Origin: an uncultured archaeon
Lineage (GTDB): Archaea; Thermoproteota; EX4484-205; JAAOZP01
Assembly (NCBI GenBank): GCA_938045545.1
Contig: CALIBN010000015.1
Location: forward strand, 20,962-84,961
DNA length: 64,000 nt
Direction of reading: 5' to 3'
Shown here: positions 19,667 to 29,941 of the stretch, piece by piece
Layout of the letters: each line of letters begins with the position of its first letter
How positions within the stretch are numbered: the first letter of the stretch is position 1
Made by a program: the position numbers and the translations under genes
The notes under the pieces: generated by a model
What the model was told of the DNA's origin: nothing
The model's database searches: none
What the model saw: only the letters and a program-made list of their open reading frames with translations

Positions 19667-20676
19667 TTCTCCTCCCTAACGTCGCTAACAGCCCTAGTGG
19701 CCAGTAGGGCTCCGGCTCCTGAAAAAAGTATGAAGGCCATTACTGGAAACCAGTTTTCAAAGGTTGCCAGTAGGGTTAGCGCGAAGGCGCCTAGCACCAC
19801 CGTCACTATGCTCCCTATCACGTAAAGCATCCTCTGTCCGAGGAAGACTGGTTCAGAAACCCTTAGGAATTGAAGGTTGTATCCTGAGACGCTTGCCCTA
19901 TACATTCCACCCTTATACTTGTACACTAGGATCCACATCGGGGCTAGGAGTATCCAGAGCGAGTCCACGTTGGCCCGGCAGGAATAGTAGTAGAAACCGT
20001 CTAAGCCGTTTGACGAACGTATGTTCTCTCTCAACTCGTCCTCAACCATATCCTTAAGCTCGTCCTCAGCCTCCTCGGGGAGAAGCTCAGCGTTTAAAAC
20101 CTGCAGCCCAACTCTCTTCCAGTCTATAGCGACAAGTGGCTGGGGATCCTTAGCGGACTTCGCTTGGTCAACAAGCTCCTCCAAGCCGTATTCAGCAGCC
20201 TCCCTCCTAGCCTGGAACGCGAGCCTCATAGAAGTTTTGAAAGACCCGTTTTTCGTAATAGTCCTTGTCACGTATGTTTCGCTCGCCCGGGGCCCGGCGT
20301 ACCGGCGGCCGGGAGCAGCTGTAGGCGCGTAGGACATGCTTCTCCTTTCAGTAACCCTTTTGAAGCCCGACCACTCGCCGACGGCTGAAACATCTCCGAC
20401 TAGAATCGGCACGTAGAAGCCCTGAGCCTCTATCAGCTCAATGTCGCCATAAACCCTGCCCATATCCGGGTCACGCCTCATTCTGCTCCAGAAGGCGTTC
20501 ACCACCTCATCCTTACCGCGAGTCGGAAGAACGAATATCTCAAGCCTCCCGGTTGAAAACCAGTTGACCGTACCGCAGTATTCGCACACGCATACTATTG
20601 TTTCAGGAGTATAGTTTAAGGGAGCCCCGCAGTTTGAGCATTTGAAAACTTTCTCGGTGCTTGTTGTTTCAGTCAA
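19657..20676 (-). CDS. Zinc-ribbon membrane protein (YdjG-like), paralogue of the downstream gene
   Basis: CSNCGAPL...CEYCGT, GFYVP, LLAPMWILVYKYKG, two C-terminal TM helices. Confidence 0.7.
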   Translation of the reverse strand: MTETTSTEKVFKCSNCGAPLNYTPETIVCVCEYCGTVNWFSTGRLEIFVLPTRGKDEVVNAFWSRMRRDPDMGRVYGDIELIEAQGFYVPILVGDVSAVGEWSGFKRVTERRSMSYAPTAAPGRRYAGPRASETYVTRTITKNGSFKTSMRLAFQARREAAEYGLEELVDQAKSAKDPQPLVAIDWKRVGLQVLNAELLPEEAEDELKDMVEDELRENIRSSNGLDGFYYYSCRANVDSLWILLAPMWILVYKYKGGMYRASVSGYNLQFLRVSEPVFLGQRMLYVIGSIVTVVLGAFALTLLATFENWFPVMAFILFSGAGALLATRAVSDVREEKWK

Positions 20677-21000
20677 TGCTTACCAATCCTTGAAACTATT
20701 ACCCCGACCACAACGATTATTATGAGAGATGCACTCAGGTTCAGCGGTAGGTTTCCAGTGAGAATCGTCAGAAAGAGCGAGAAGCCGAGGCAGCACATTA
20801 CTAGCCCCCAAATCAGGTAGTACTTCCAGTCAGTAGCGTGAATCGAGAAGAAAACAGTGTATAATCCGAGCATGATGAGCGGCAGTGAAACTAGAATCAT
20901 GAGGTTACCGTAGCCCGTTGAAAAGAGTATGCCATCTATGCCGATTGAGACTAGCAGGACGGCCAGCGCGTAGCTTCCGTACCCGATTTTTCTACTCATC
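20673..21000 (-). CDS. Small 4-TM membrane protein
   Basis: Four hydrophobic segments; 4-nt overlap with the next gene; probable ATG start near 21000. Confidence 0.6.
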
Positions 21001-21079
21001 GCATAAGCCTCCGGAACCACAAGGCACGTTCTCAATATATAACTTTTCCCTTATTTTCATCAGCGATTAAAGAAATATT

Positions 21080-21700
21080 AAGCACCCACCTCAATTTCCC
21101 CGCTAGGTTCACTAATTCTTCGGGGCCAAGCTCCTCGTGAGAACCAGCTACTCTAGGAGGCTTCTTGCTAACACTTATAAGCCCTAGGAATCCCTTGGGA
21201 ATGAATTCAGCTCTATGGCTCTCTTAGCCTCGCTCTCGCTGATTTTCCCAATCTTAACCTCATACCCCATTATCGGAGTCCTGCCTTTCGAATCCAGGAT
21301 GACTATATCTGCATCCTCCTTCCCCTTCGGCAGAATCATGTAGCTTCTCGTCCCTCCAAGATGCTCAGCAAGCATCTCCCCTAGGCTGAACTGTAGCTCC
21401 CTGCCCAGCACGCTTAGAATCATGCCTCCCGTTCGGATGGTTAACGACAACCGAGTCCCAATGCTTATCCGACAGCCTTTGAAACTCGTCCAATATGACA
21501 ACCCTCCTGTCTCTCAAAAGTTTTCCATGCGCCTAACTGCCTCATCTGTAGTAATTTGGGAAAAAGTAATCATGAAGTAATTAGACTAAGTGAAAACTCT
21601 CTTCAACAGGAAAGTCTTCCGGTTTTCCACCTCCCATACACCAGTATCCATCCCTTTAAGCCCCTTAATTCATTTCCTCCCTCCTCCTTACTATAATATT
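21080..21700 (-). pseudogene. Archaeal ATPase (ATPase_2 plus C-terminal PD-(D/E)xK-like domain) remnant with internal deletion
   Basis: Walker-A remnant KGWILVYGRWKTGxTFLL at ~21600-21670; C-terminal DADIVIL...GYEVKIG at 21184-21501. Confidence 0.6.
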
Positions 21701-21854
21701 GGAAAAATATTCTTCATGGAATATTCTCTTTAGAATAAAACTTTAACTCATAAGAGCCGAGTAAAAATCTGGATCAATGAACCCATTCGGCCGCATGTTC
21801 CCGATCATCGAACTCGCTGGGTCTATTTGTTTAATGTTATATGTCAATCAACCA

Positions 21855-23009
21855 TTATTGCAGCTTTTCACCACAGTTGAGGCAGAACTTTGAACCAGCG
21901 GGAACTGTGGACCCGCATTTAGGACAGTTGACAATCTGAGGCTGCAACGGTGCCCCGCAGTTCATGCAGAACTTCGCGTTAGCCGGATTCTGAGAGCCGC
22001 ATTTAGGACAATTGATGGTGGCTTGCAAAGGTGTGCCGCAGCTCATGCAGAACTTTGCTGCACCCGGGTTCTGAGTCCCGCATTTCGGGCACGCTACTGT
22101 TCCAGCTGGGGGTGCGGCGGGCGGCTGTGCAGGAGGCTGTGGTGGTACTTGGATGGCTGCACCACAGTTCGGACAGAACTTGCTAGTTGAGGGAACTTGC
22201 GCCCTGCAGCTTGGGCATATTACTAGGGGTGCTCCGGCTGCAGCCTGCTGCATGAGCTGGGGCACGAGAACTATTCCTGTTCCAGCCGCCGCCCCGGGCG
22301 ACTTGCTCAGGGACTCGGCGACGCTTTTAGTCGTGTCCATCGCCAGAACCTGTGTGGCTGCGCCTCCGGTCTGCTTTATCCAGAAAAGCCTGTCCCTGTA
22401 CTCAGGCGTGGTGTCGACACCCTCGAACTTCAGGTCTACGATATCTACGCCCACGCGTTTAAACTCCTCGTCTACCGTAGCCTTAACCTTGAACGAGACC
22501 TCTTCAAGCTTTGTGAACACCGTCACTAGGTCGTATTTAGAGAGCTGCGTTATAAGCCTCTCGTTCATGTATCCCCTGAGGAAACTGTTGACCGCTTCAG
22601 TCGTGTAGGCACTCTGTCCCCCTACGACCTCCATTACGAAAGTCTTTGGGTCTCCGACTTTAAACCAGAACGCCCCGTAGAATTTAAGGGGTGCGAGCTC
22701 AACGGTCTGACCACTGGCGCCGAACAATCCTTTAAACTGTTTCGTCGAAACGAATATGACTGTAGCCCTGAAAGGCGTGGTCTCGAAGCCCGCCACCCTT
22801 GTTAAGACGCCTGTTAACAACGGGAGGTTCATGGTGGTTAAAGTATGTCTGCCAGGCCCGAAAACATCGTAAGCCTTGCCGTCTCTGAAGAATATTGCAG
22901 CCTCGTACTCGTGGACAATCAGCTGAGCTCCCCAGGTTATCTCCTCCTTAGGGTATCTCCAGACGATGTCTTCTGCGGAAGCCCCTACCCACTCTATTAT
23001 CTGAGGCAT
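21855..23009 (-). CDS. SPFH/band-7 domain protein with four double-zinc-ribbon repeats (YdjI-like)
   Basis: DIVWRYP..I..GAQLIV...AIFFRDGKAYDVFGPGRHTL; four CPxC-x11-CxxCG units. Confidence 0.88.
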   Translation of the reverse strand: MPQIIEWVGASAEDIVWRYPKEEITWGAQLIVHEYEAAIFFRDGKAYDVFGPGRHTLTTMNLPLLTGVLTRVAGFETTPFRATVIFVSTKQFKGLFGASGQTVELAPLKFYGAFWFKVGDPKTFVMEVVGGQSAYTTEAVNSFLRGYMNERLITQLSKYDLVTVFTKLEEVSFKVKATVDEEFKRVGVDIVDLKFEGVDTTPEYRDRLFWIKQTGGAATQVLAMDTTKSVAESLSKSPGAAAGTGIVLVPQLMQQAAAGAPLVICPSCRAQVPSTSKFCPNCGAAIQVPPQPPAQPPAAPPAGTVACPKCGTQNPGAAKFCMSCGTPLQATINCPKCGSQNPANAKFCMNCGAPLQPQIVNCPKCGSTVPAGSKFCLNCGEKLQ

Positions 23010-23011
23010 TG

Positions 23012-23548
23012 TTAGACACCCCTCTTAATGGAGACTATCTCCTCCTCCCTTGAAGCGAAGGCTGATTCAAGCTCCCTAGCCTTGGCTTCAAGCCTCTTCA
23101 GAAGACTCGGGAGAACATCCAGGCTTCCGGCGCCCGCAGCGTTGCCAGCCTCCTCAGCTACTCTGGAAACCTCTTCGCAAGCCCCTAGAAGCTTATAGTC
23201 ATAATTCATCAGCTTGTCAAGCTCATCCTCTCGAACCTTAACAAGGTCGAAGAACCCCGAGTAACCGTAGTCGGCATGCTCAATCTTGTTTATAACCCTG
23301 TCTAGGACCGCGGAAACCCTGTTGATCGTTTTGAACAATTCTACAGCATCGGAGTCTGCAGCCTCCCTTGAAACTGTTTTCAAGTGCGACCGGGCTGCAT
23401 CAAGCTTTTTAACCATGAAATCCCTAAGAAGCCTATCAGCTTCCCTCCTAACCTCCTTCTGCTTATACCCCCTGTATCCGGGAATATAGGAGGCTATCTT
23501 CTCAGCCAGCCCTCTTTTCTCCTCATATTCCTTTATGAACTCGCTCAT
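23012..23548 (-). CDS. Conserved helical protein upstream of the SPFH gene
   Basis: IPGYRGYKQKEVRREADRLLR, HADYGYSGFFD; 2-nt gap to the SPFH gene. Confidence 0.7.
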   Translation of the reverse strand: MSEFIKEYEEKRGLAEKIASYIPGYRGYKQKEVRREADRLLRDFMVKKLDAARSHLKTVSREAADSDAVELFKTINRVSAVLDRVINKIEHADYGYSGFFDLVKVREDELDKLMNYDYKLLGACEEVSRVAEEAGNAAGAGSLDVLPSLLKRLEAKARELESAFASREEEIVSIKRGV

Positions 23549-23612
23549 GAAAGTACAAGCTTATAACTAGCTTAAAAACATTACTTATAGAAGAATTTAA
23601 AAACAAGTTTTC

Positions 23613-24620
23613 TTACAGGGGTAGCGTAACAGGTCTGCCCTCTTTAAGCGACCTGTGCATTGCCAGGGCAACCTCCACAGCAGCCCTAGCATCCTCAGCT
23701 GAAACCAGAGGCTCCTCCTTTCCCTCAACGCAGTTTAAGAAATGAATTATCTCGTCTCTGAGATATCCCTTGACCTGTCTGTGAACAACCGGCTGATAGT
23801 AAGAAAGGGTTTCAGGCCCCTTCTCCCCCCAGAATAGGAAGCTGTCGCTAGGCTGGCTTATCCAGAGGCTGCCCCGTGTCCCCACCAGCTCAAGTTTAAA
23901 ATCGAAAGACATTGAGGAGGGTAGAATCCAAATGTTCTCCAATGCTCCAATAGTTCCCCCTTTAAACCTAAAGACAGACCAGACAGCGTCTTCGACATGG
24001 TGGAGCTTGAGAACCCTGCTTTCAGCCTCAGCGTAAACCCGGGTAATATTCCTCCCGATAATCCACCTCATTACGTCAATGTCGTGCACGCCAAGGAATA
24101 GAAGCGGCGAGGTTTCCTTAAGCCAGTTCTCCAACCTCATTGGCGAAGTTATAGAGTTGTTTCTCCTAGCCCAGATTGAAACGGGATCGCCGAGCAGCCC
24201 CCTCTCCATGTACTCCTTAGCCTTCGCATAATTGTAGTCGAACCTCACTATGTGGCCCACTAGGAAAGTGACTCCTGTTTTTCTAACCGTGTTCACAATG
24301 GCGTCCGCATCTCTCAGAGTTGTGGCAATAGGCTTCTCCAAGAGCACCGCCTTCCCAGCCTTCGCCGCCGCCACTGTAGGCTCACGGTGAAGATGGTCCG
24401 GGACAGCGATGCTGACAGCATCAATATCCGGCCTAGCCAGCAGCTCGTTGTAGTCAGTATACCATTTTTCAGCCCGGAATTCCTTCGCAGCCATCCTAGC
24501 ATTTTTCTCGACAACATCCGCGGTCGCAACGAGCTTAACCCTCGGCAGCTCCGAGTAGACTCGGGCGTGATGCTTCCCCATAACGCCGCAGCCTATTACC
24601 CCTACTCTAATCCGGTCCAT
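23613..24620 (-). CDS. Gfo/Idh/MocA oxidoreductase
   Basis: VGVIGCGVMG, LLEKPIA, GHIVRF, GVHDID. Confidence 0.9.
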   Translation of the reverse strand: MDRIRVGVIGCGVMGKHHARVYSELPRVKLVATADVVEKNARMAAKEFRAEKWYTDYNELLARPDIDAVSIAVPDHLHREPTVAAAKAGKAVLLEKPIATTLRDADAIVNTVRKTGVTFLVGHIVRFDYNYAKAKEYMERGLLGDPVSIWARRNNSITSPMRLENWLKETSPLLFLGVHDIDVMRWIIGRNITRVYAEAESRVLKLHHVEDAVWSVFRFKGGTIGALENIWILPSSMSFDFKLELVGTRGSLWISQPSDSFLFWGEKGPETLSYYQPVVHRQVKGYLRDEIIHFLNCVEGKEEPLVSAEDARAAVEVALAMHRSLKEGRPVTLPL

Positions 24621-24631
24621 CAGCCTCCACC

Positions 24632-25642
24632 TTAAAGCATCTTCACCATCTCTAAAGGCTTTACTCTCATAACCTCGGGGTTCAGAAGGCTCGGAGGAGC
24701 CTGGCCGCGGAGAACGCTCAGAATGTTTTCAGCAGCCTTCTCAGCGAGCCTCCTTCTAGCTTCGAATGTCGCGCTCGCCATGTGCGGGGTGAGGACAACG
24801 TTATCCATGCCTATGAGCGGGTTGTCAGGATCGAGAGGCTCCTTCTCGAAAACGTCGAGCGCAGCGCCAGCGATCCATCCTTCTTTCAAAGCCTTCACCA
24901 GAGCCTTCTCATCAACCACTGCCCCCCTGGAGATGTTTATCAGGTAGGAGGAGGGCTTCATGCTTCTAAGCTCCGGCTCGCCAATCATCTTAAAGGTCTC
25001 AGGGGTTAAAGCCGTCGAGAGAATGATGAAGTCAGACTCCCTGAGAAGATCTTTAAGAGGCCTGTAGGATACGCCTAGCTCAGCCTCAACATCCGGCTTC
25101 CTAGTCCTGCTGAAGTATATGACCCTCATGCCTAGACACCTGGCCCTGGTCGCCACAGCCTTTCCAATGGCTCCAAGCCCAATGATGCCGAGTGTCTTAC
25201 CGCTTATCTCAGGTCCGAGCATGAACATCGGGGACCAAGCTATCTTCCAGGAGCCTCTTCTGAGAAACCTGTCTGCCTCCACAATCCTCCTAGCAACCGA
25301 GAAGAGAAGGGCCAGCGAAAACTCTGCGACAGCGTCCGTTAAAACGCTGGGCACATTAGTAACGTAGACTCCTCGTGCAGTAGCCTCCTTCAAATCTATG
25401 TGATCATAGCCGGCGCTCATCGTGCTTACAACCCTGAGCCTCTCAGCCTTATCAAGAACCTCCCTGTCTATCGTGTCGCTGAGAAGTATGAGTGCAGCAT
25501 CCTTATCCTCGAGACTCTTAACCAGAACACTCTTGGGCGGAGGGCATTCGGAGTCGTAGAGCTCAACGTCGCAGTGTTCCCTGAGAAGCCTTAGGGCAGA
25601 GTCTTGTATTCTTCTTGAAACATAGACCCTGGGCCTAGCCAT
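24632..25642 (-). CDS. gyaR: Glyoxylate reductase / D-2-hydroxyacid dehydrogenase
   Basis: GYDHID, GKTLGIIGLGAIG, INISRG, AALDVFEKEP, TPHMASAT. Confidence 0.85.
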   Translation of the reverse strand: MARPRVYVSRRIQDSALRLLREHCDVELYDSECPPPKSVLVKSLEDKDAALILLSDTIDREVLDKAERLRVVSTMSAGYDHIDLKEATARGVYVTNVPSVLTDAVAEFSLALLFSVARRIVEADRFLRRGSWKIAWSPMFMLGPEISGKTLGIIGLGAIGKAVATRARCLGMRVIYFSRTRKPDVEAELGVSYRPLKDLLRESDFIILSTALTPETFKMIGEPELRSMKPSSYLINISRGAVVDEKALVKALKEGWIAGAALDVFEKEPLDPDNPLIGMDNVVLTPHMASATFEARRRLAEKAAENILSVLRGQAPPSLLNPEVMRVKPLEMVKML

Positions 25643-25693
25643 GCTAATAGATTTCTCTTAAGGTTTTATAAGTATTGGTGCGCACACTCATGC

Positions 25694-26722
25694 CTAAGAA
25701 GGCTTTAAAACCATTATGCTGGGGCTAGCGTCGCCGTGTCTAATGGTTCTCTCATGCTCGAGGCGTAACCCTATTTCTGAAGAGATTTCTCTCACGTAGC
25801 CCGGCTTTATGGTTATGAGCACGAGCCGCCCATCCTCGCTTAGAGTCCTCCTAATCTCAGGCAGGCACCTGCTGTAGAAAGCGCGAGGATTGATCTTCGC
25901 TATGGGCTTAGTTCCGTATGGAGGATCTGTAACTATCCTGTCTACCTTAAACCCTAATTCTTTAGAGAGCCTCCTGCAATCAACCCTCTTGAACACTATT
26001 CTGTCTGAAACACCCATAGCTTCAGCGTTAAGAGCTGCACCCTCCAGATAATATTCTGAAATGTCAAACCCATATATCTTGACGCTATTTGTTGAGAGAG
26101 CAGCCTCGATAGGTATGATTCCGCCTCCACACATCGGGTCGAGAAGAGTCATCCCAGGCTTGGGATCGGCGATCCTAACCATTCCATATGCAACTGAGGG
26201 TCTGAGGGCAGCCGGGTGAGTGAAAACAATGTACCTGCCGGAGAGATGCTCGCTTCCGGAAAGCCCGACGAAGCAGGTGTCTCCAACAATATCCAGAAAA
26301 ACATTAGCCTGAAAATTCTCTAGGTCCACTTTTAAACCATACTTGTCTACCAATGCTTGACCAGCCTTCCTTTGAACATCCATGCTTGTAAACTCATGCT
26401 CACCACGCCTCTTGCAAGTTACCCTGAACGAGGAGGCTTTGCGAAACCCGTTGGGAAACTTCATATTCATGATCCCGCTGTAAATGTCTTCCAAGCCCCT
26501 TATACTAGTATCAACTTTGAAGGCTCCAACGTATTCCAAGAACCAGTCTATGCTCCTGAGCGACATTAGCTTTGGAGAATCTGATTCAGGAATATCTATG
26601 ATGAGCCTCCCTGGGATACCCTGAGGGTTCTCCTCGACAACGATTTTAAAACTGATCTTTTCCTCCAGCTCAGACTTAACAACGTCTTCAAGACCACGCG
26701 GGAAGACTAGTTGAAACCTCAT
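25694..26722 (-). CDS. trm14: THUMP-domain tRNA (guanine-N2) methyltransferase, Trm14-like
   Basis: SFRVTCKRRGEHEFTSMDV (THUMP), HPAAL, LLDPMCGGG, VTDPPYG. Confidence 0.8.
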   Translation of the reverse strand: MRFQLVFPRGLEDVVKSELEEKISFKIVVEENPQGIPGRLIIDIPESDSPKLMSLRSIDWFLEYVGAFKVDTSIRGLEDIYSGIMNMKFPNGFRKASSFRVTCKRRGEHEFTSMDVQRKAGQALVDKYGLKVDLENFQANVFLDIVGDTCFVGLSGSEHLSGRYIVFTHPAALRPSVAYGMVRIADPKPGMTLLDPMCGGGIIPIEAALSTNSVKIYGFDISEYYLEGAALNAEAMGVSDRIVFKRVDCRRLSKELGFKVDRIVTDPPYGTKPIAKINPRAFYSRCLPEIRRTLSEDGRLVLITIKPGYVREISSEIGLRLEHERTIRHGDASPSIMVLKPS

Positions 26723-26795
26723 GGCAAAGCTCTAGCATTAGGTATTAAGATGGAGGACTTAAGCGTTAATTTTAAGCGCGCATGTGGCTAAGTTA

Positions 26796-28622
26796 CTAGC
26801 CTATAAGATTTATTTTCTTCAGGAGCTCCAAGGATAATTCTCGCGTTGGGCTTTCCGGCCTTGAGAGGCTTCTGAAGGCTTGTGAAACATAGAGCAGTGT
26901 TGCAACCTCTTCGTCGCTTAAAACTCGTATCTTAACGTTTCCAAGTGACTCCAATGCTTTCTGAAGCTCCGGGCTGACTGGGCACGTGGTCAGCATCACA
27001 ATCCTGTCGAGCTTCCTGCTCCTGGCGAAGTCTATAAGCGGCTCAATACTGCTCCTTTTAAGGCCTTCAGAAGGCTTTGGCGCTTTAATCATCACTCCAA
27101 CCTGGGCGCCTCCGCTCGTGGCGTCCGTGAAAAGCAGGTCTATCTCCCTCTTCCTGGTTAGGGAGACGCTTATCCTCTTCCTTCCTATGAGGCTCTGCTT
27201 TCCGAAAGCTGTTTCAATAAGGCTTGAAACGGCTTTTTCCATTAGGATCGCTCTCTCCGAGGGTTTCTCAATGTTGTAGAACCTTGTGATTATCTGGTTT
27301 TTAACATCGCTGTCAGGCGTAACTGGAGTTGCAAGCCTAGCCGCTGGCAGACCCATTTTCATAACGGCTTCCATCGCTATCACAGTGTCCACATAGTCGG
27401 GTTGAGTAATGCCTCTTTCAAGTCTTTCAGCAAGTATCTCGATGCAGGTGAAACACTCTGACAGCAGCCTCCTGATCTCCCCACCGGAGTTCGCCCAGAG
27501 AAGTTTAACACCGTTCATTGGAAACAGATTTGAATATGCTCTCTCACCCTTACCCAAGTAGAGGGCCTTCACATACCTGTCGATTATATCTTTAGCCTCC
27601 TCCACGCTTATCTTCTCGAGGCTTATCGGGGTTGAGGAAACCCTGCTAACTATCGCGGGTGCCACCCTGAACCTCTGCCCCTTCAACTCTTCGAACATCA
27701 CTGGCGTTAAAAGCAGAAGTATGAACAGCCCGCCTGGGCCATTGTCAACAATCCTCTTCAAAGTATGGAAGAAAAAGTCAACATTATCCTGCACCAGCGT
27801 CTCAACCTCATCTACAACGATTACGAAAGGCGTGTTGCTAACGAGCTTCGACAGATTCACGAGCGTCGTCAAGAACTTTAAAGCGTTCTCATCAGACTCT
27901 CTCAGGAAATCATTCGAATGCTTAGCGCCCCAGCTTCCGTAGTATGGGCTTGGAAGCCAAAGGATCCATTTCGCAAGGTTAAGATCGGTGAATCTCCTTG
28001 TTTTCGAGGGCTCGAACCTTGTTTCAAACATTTTTCCAAGCTCTTCAAGCTCAAGCCTTACGAGTCCAGTTATTTCCAGCGTTCCCTCTTCAACAAGTTT
28101 CCTTACAACTCTGAAATCGTTTGAAATCATGTTGAAAGCCTCTCGAGCCTTCTCAGCCTTTTTACCCAGTACTGTTGAAATCAGCCCGACGCTAACGATT
28201 TTCTGAAACAGCTCGTAGCCCATTTTAGAGATCAGTGCTTGGTGAAGCCTTAGGGAAAGTTCCATGAGAAACTCTTCGCCTCCCAGCGTTTCCACAACCT
28301 TGGAGGTGAAGAAGATTAAGGAGGGCTTATAAACAGAGTCTTGAATAGTCGGCATATATGAGAAAGGCTGACCAGGTTTCTCTTGGCTTAGAAGGTATTG
28401 CAGATGCAAGGCGAGATGCGTCTTCCCGCTTCCAGCATCCCCTATGAGAATGTCGATTTTAGGTTCCTCAAGCTTGAAAGAATAATCTATCTCCTCCCTA
28501 ATCCTTTTCAACGCATTTATTCTAGATTCTCCGCCAAGTATCCATATTCTGCTTGGGACAGGGGTTAGTGGAAAAGGATTGGCTTCAAGCATTAGGCGGG
28601 AATACTTATTTGACGATTGCAT
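26796..28622 (-). CDS. AAA+ ATPase with C-terminal Mrr-like restriction-endonuclease-fold domain
   Basis: Y..L.LEANPF, Walker A GDAGSGKTH, Walker B IVVDEVE, SRV arginine finger, SGGEIRRLL sensor 2; C-terminal MEKAV...REIDL...VGVMIK. Confidence 0.75.
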   Translation of the reverse strand: MQSSNKYSRLMLEANPFPLTPVPSRIWILGGESRINALKRIREEIDYSFKLEEPKIDILIGDAGSGKTHLALHLQYLLSQEKPGQPFSYMPTIQDSVYKPSLIFFTSKVVETLGGEEFLMELSLRLHQALISKMGYELFQKIVSVGLISTVLGKKAEKAREAFNMISNDFRVVRKLVEEGTLEITGLVRLELEELGKMFETRFEPSKTRRFTDLNLAKWILWLPSPYYGSWGAKHSNDFLRESDENALKFLTTLVNLSKLVSNTPFVIVVDEVETLVQDNVDFFFHTLKRIVDNGPGGLFILLLLTPVMFEELKGQRFRVAPAIVSRVSSTPISLEKISVEEAKDIIDRYVKALYLGKGERAYSNLFPMNGVKLLWANSGGEIRRLLSECFTCIEILAERLERGITQPDYVDTVIAMEAVMKMGLPAARLATPVTPDSDVKNQIITRFYNIEKPSERAILMEKAVSSLIETAFGKQSLIGRKRISVSLTRKREIDLLFTDATSGGAQVGVMIKAPKPSEGLKRSSIEPLIDFARSRKLDRIVMLTTCPVSPELQKALESLGNVKIRVLSDEEVATLLYVSQAFRSLSRPESPTRELSLELLKKINLIG

Positions 28623-29130
28623 AGTGGTAAACACCTCTCGCCGTCTTCAACCCATTATCTGATTCCCCGCTGCCCGCGTGAAGTTGAACGGCGTACGGAT
28701 CACTACTGTTCAACTCTATTATCCTCCTGTCGAATTCATCGCCAGTTATATTTAATTCTTCAGATACTTTAAGCCGTAGGTCGGCTATTCTCACATAGGG
28801 AGCTATTGGGCTGGTCTTCACTAGGTTATTATACTTCAATCTTAAAGTTTCGAGAAACTTCTCGGGCGATAGCTGTTCAGCCTCCTTAAGCCTAGTATAC
28901 TTTAAAACAGGAAGGCTCCAAACGTTTTCCATGAAATAGGCCCTGCCGTATTCAGAAGTCCGATACTTTTTAACAGCCTTAGTTCTCCCTTTAACCGGTT
29001 CAAGATAGCCTTCTTTAACCAGTTCTTTAAACTCTTTTTCAGTAAGCCTACCGGCCTTCTTAACCATTTTTTCCGAAACCCCTTTAGGAGTATCGGCGAA
29101 GACAAGCGCAAGCAATTGAAACTCGTTCAG
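28606..29130 (-). CDS. Tandem winged-helix DNA-binding-like protein
   Basis: ELVKEGYLEP...YRTSEYGRAYF and YVRIADLR...DEFDRRIIEL; GGTGA SD at 29137-29141 suggests a CTG start at 29130; overlaps the ATPase start. Confidence 0.6.
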   Translation of the reverse strand: MNEFQLLALVFADTPKGVSEKMVKKAGRLTEKEFKELVKEGYLEPVKGRTKAVKKYRTSEYGRAYFMENVWSLPVLKYTRLKEAEQLSPEKFLETLRLKYNNLVKTSPIAPYVRIADLRLKVSEELNITGDEFDRRIIELNSSDPYAVQLHAGSGESDNGLKTARGVYHYAIVK

Positions 29131-29305
29131 CTGGTATCACCTATTAAAAATGGGCCAAGGTGGTTTTTAAAGCTTGCCTGAGGATTGCAGAGACAGGCCG
29201 CCATCCTCGGTATGCAACAGGTTTGGATAAAGTTGAATCATATAGTCAGATGTTTTCGGTAAGGAAGGAAAACGGTTGAAGATGGGGCGAAGAAAGAAGT
29301 ATAAC

Positions 29306-29726
29306 ATGCTTTTCTCCAGAACCATGTTTAAATGCACACAGTGCGGAAAATGCTGCACGAAGACACTAAGCACGAGAGACAGATCATTCTAACGTTGAGA
29401 GACACCTCGGAAATCCTAGAGGCCATGGGAATCGGTTTAAACGAGTTCACGGAGGAAAACAATAGTGAAGCCTATCCATATGTAATAAGGCTTATCGACG
29501 GAAGATGCTTCTTCCTCCAGCCGGATGGAAAATGCAGGATCTACAGATAAGGCCCCTAGTCTACAGGTTCTACCCTTTCACGTTGTAAAGGATCGGGGAA
29601 ACAGACGTGTTTCAAGCCGATCCATCCTGCCGCGGGCTTGGAGAAGGCATGTACTTCGACGAGGAATATTTCGAAAAACTTGTAGAGCAGGCTGAGAAAC
29701 GTTTAGACATTGCTTCAAACCGCTAA
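29306..29726 (+). pseudogene. YkgJ/CxxCxxCC protein pseudogene
   Basis: FKCTQCGKCC, frameshift, GRCFFL..GKCRIY*, shifted RPLVYRFYPF, in-frame TAA, then PSCRGLGEG. Confidence 0.75.
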
Positions 29727-29941
29727 ATAGAGGTATCCTCTAAGGCCTACAACTAGGGCATCTCTCCATAGCGTGCCACCTCCCAACTAAGGAAAGAAGT
29801 TTTACTCGTCTACTGTCCAATAGTAAATCAGCTGCTATTGAATACATTATGAAGCAAGTGTGCACTATACGCGTATGGCGAGCCGGTTTGACATATTCCT
29901 CAACCCGAGTAGTGAGCATGGAAACCCGATTCTAAAGAATG

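Noticed and set aside
21855-22200. DNA repeats (cagaactt...catttaggaca) as CRISPR
   Set aside because: They are coding repeats of the zinc-ribbon units.
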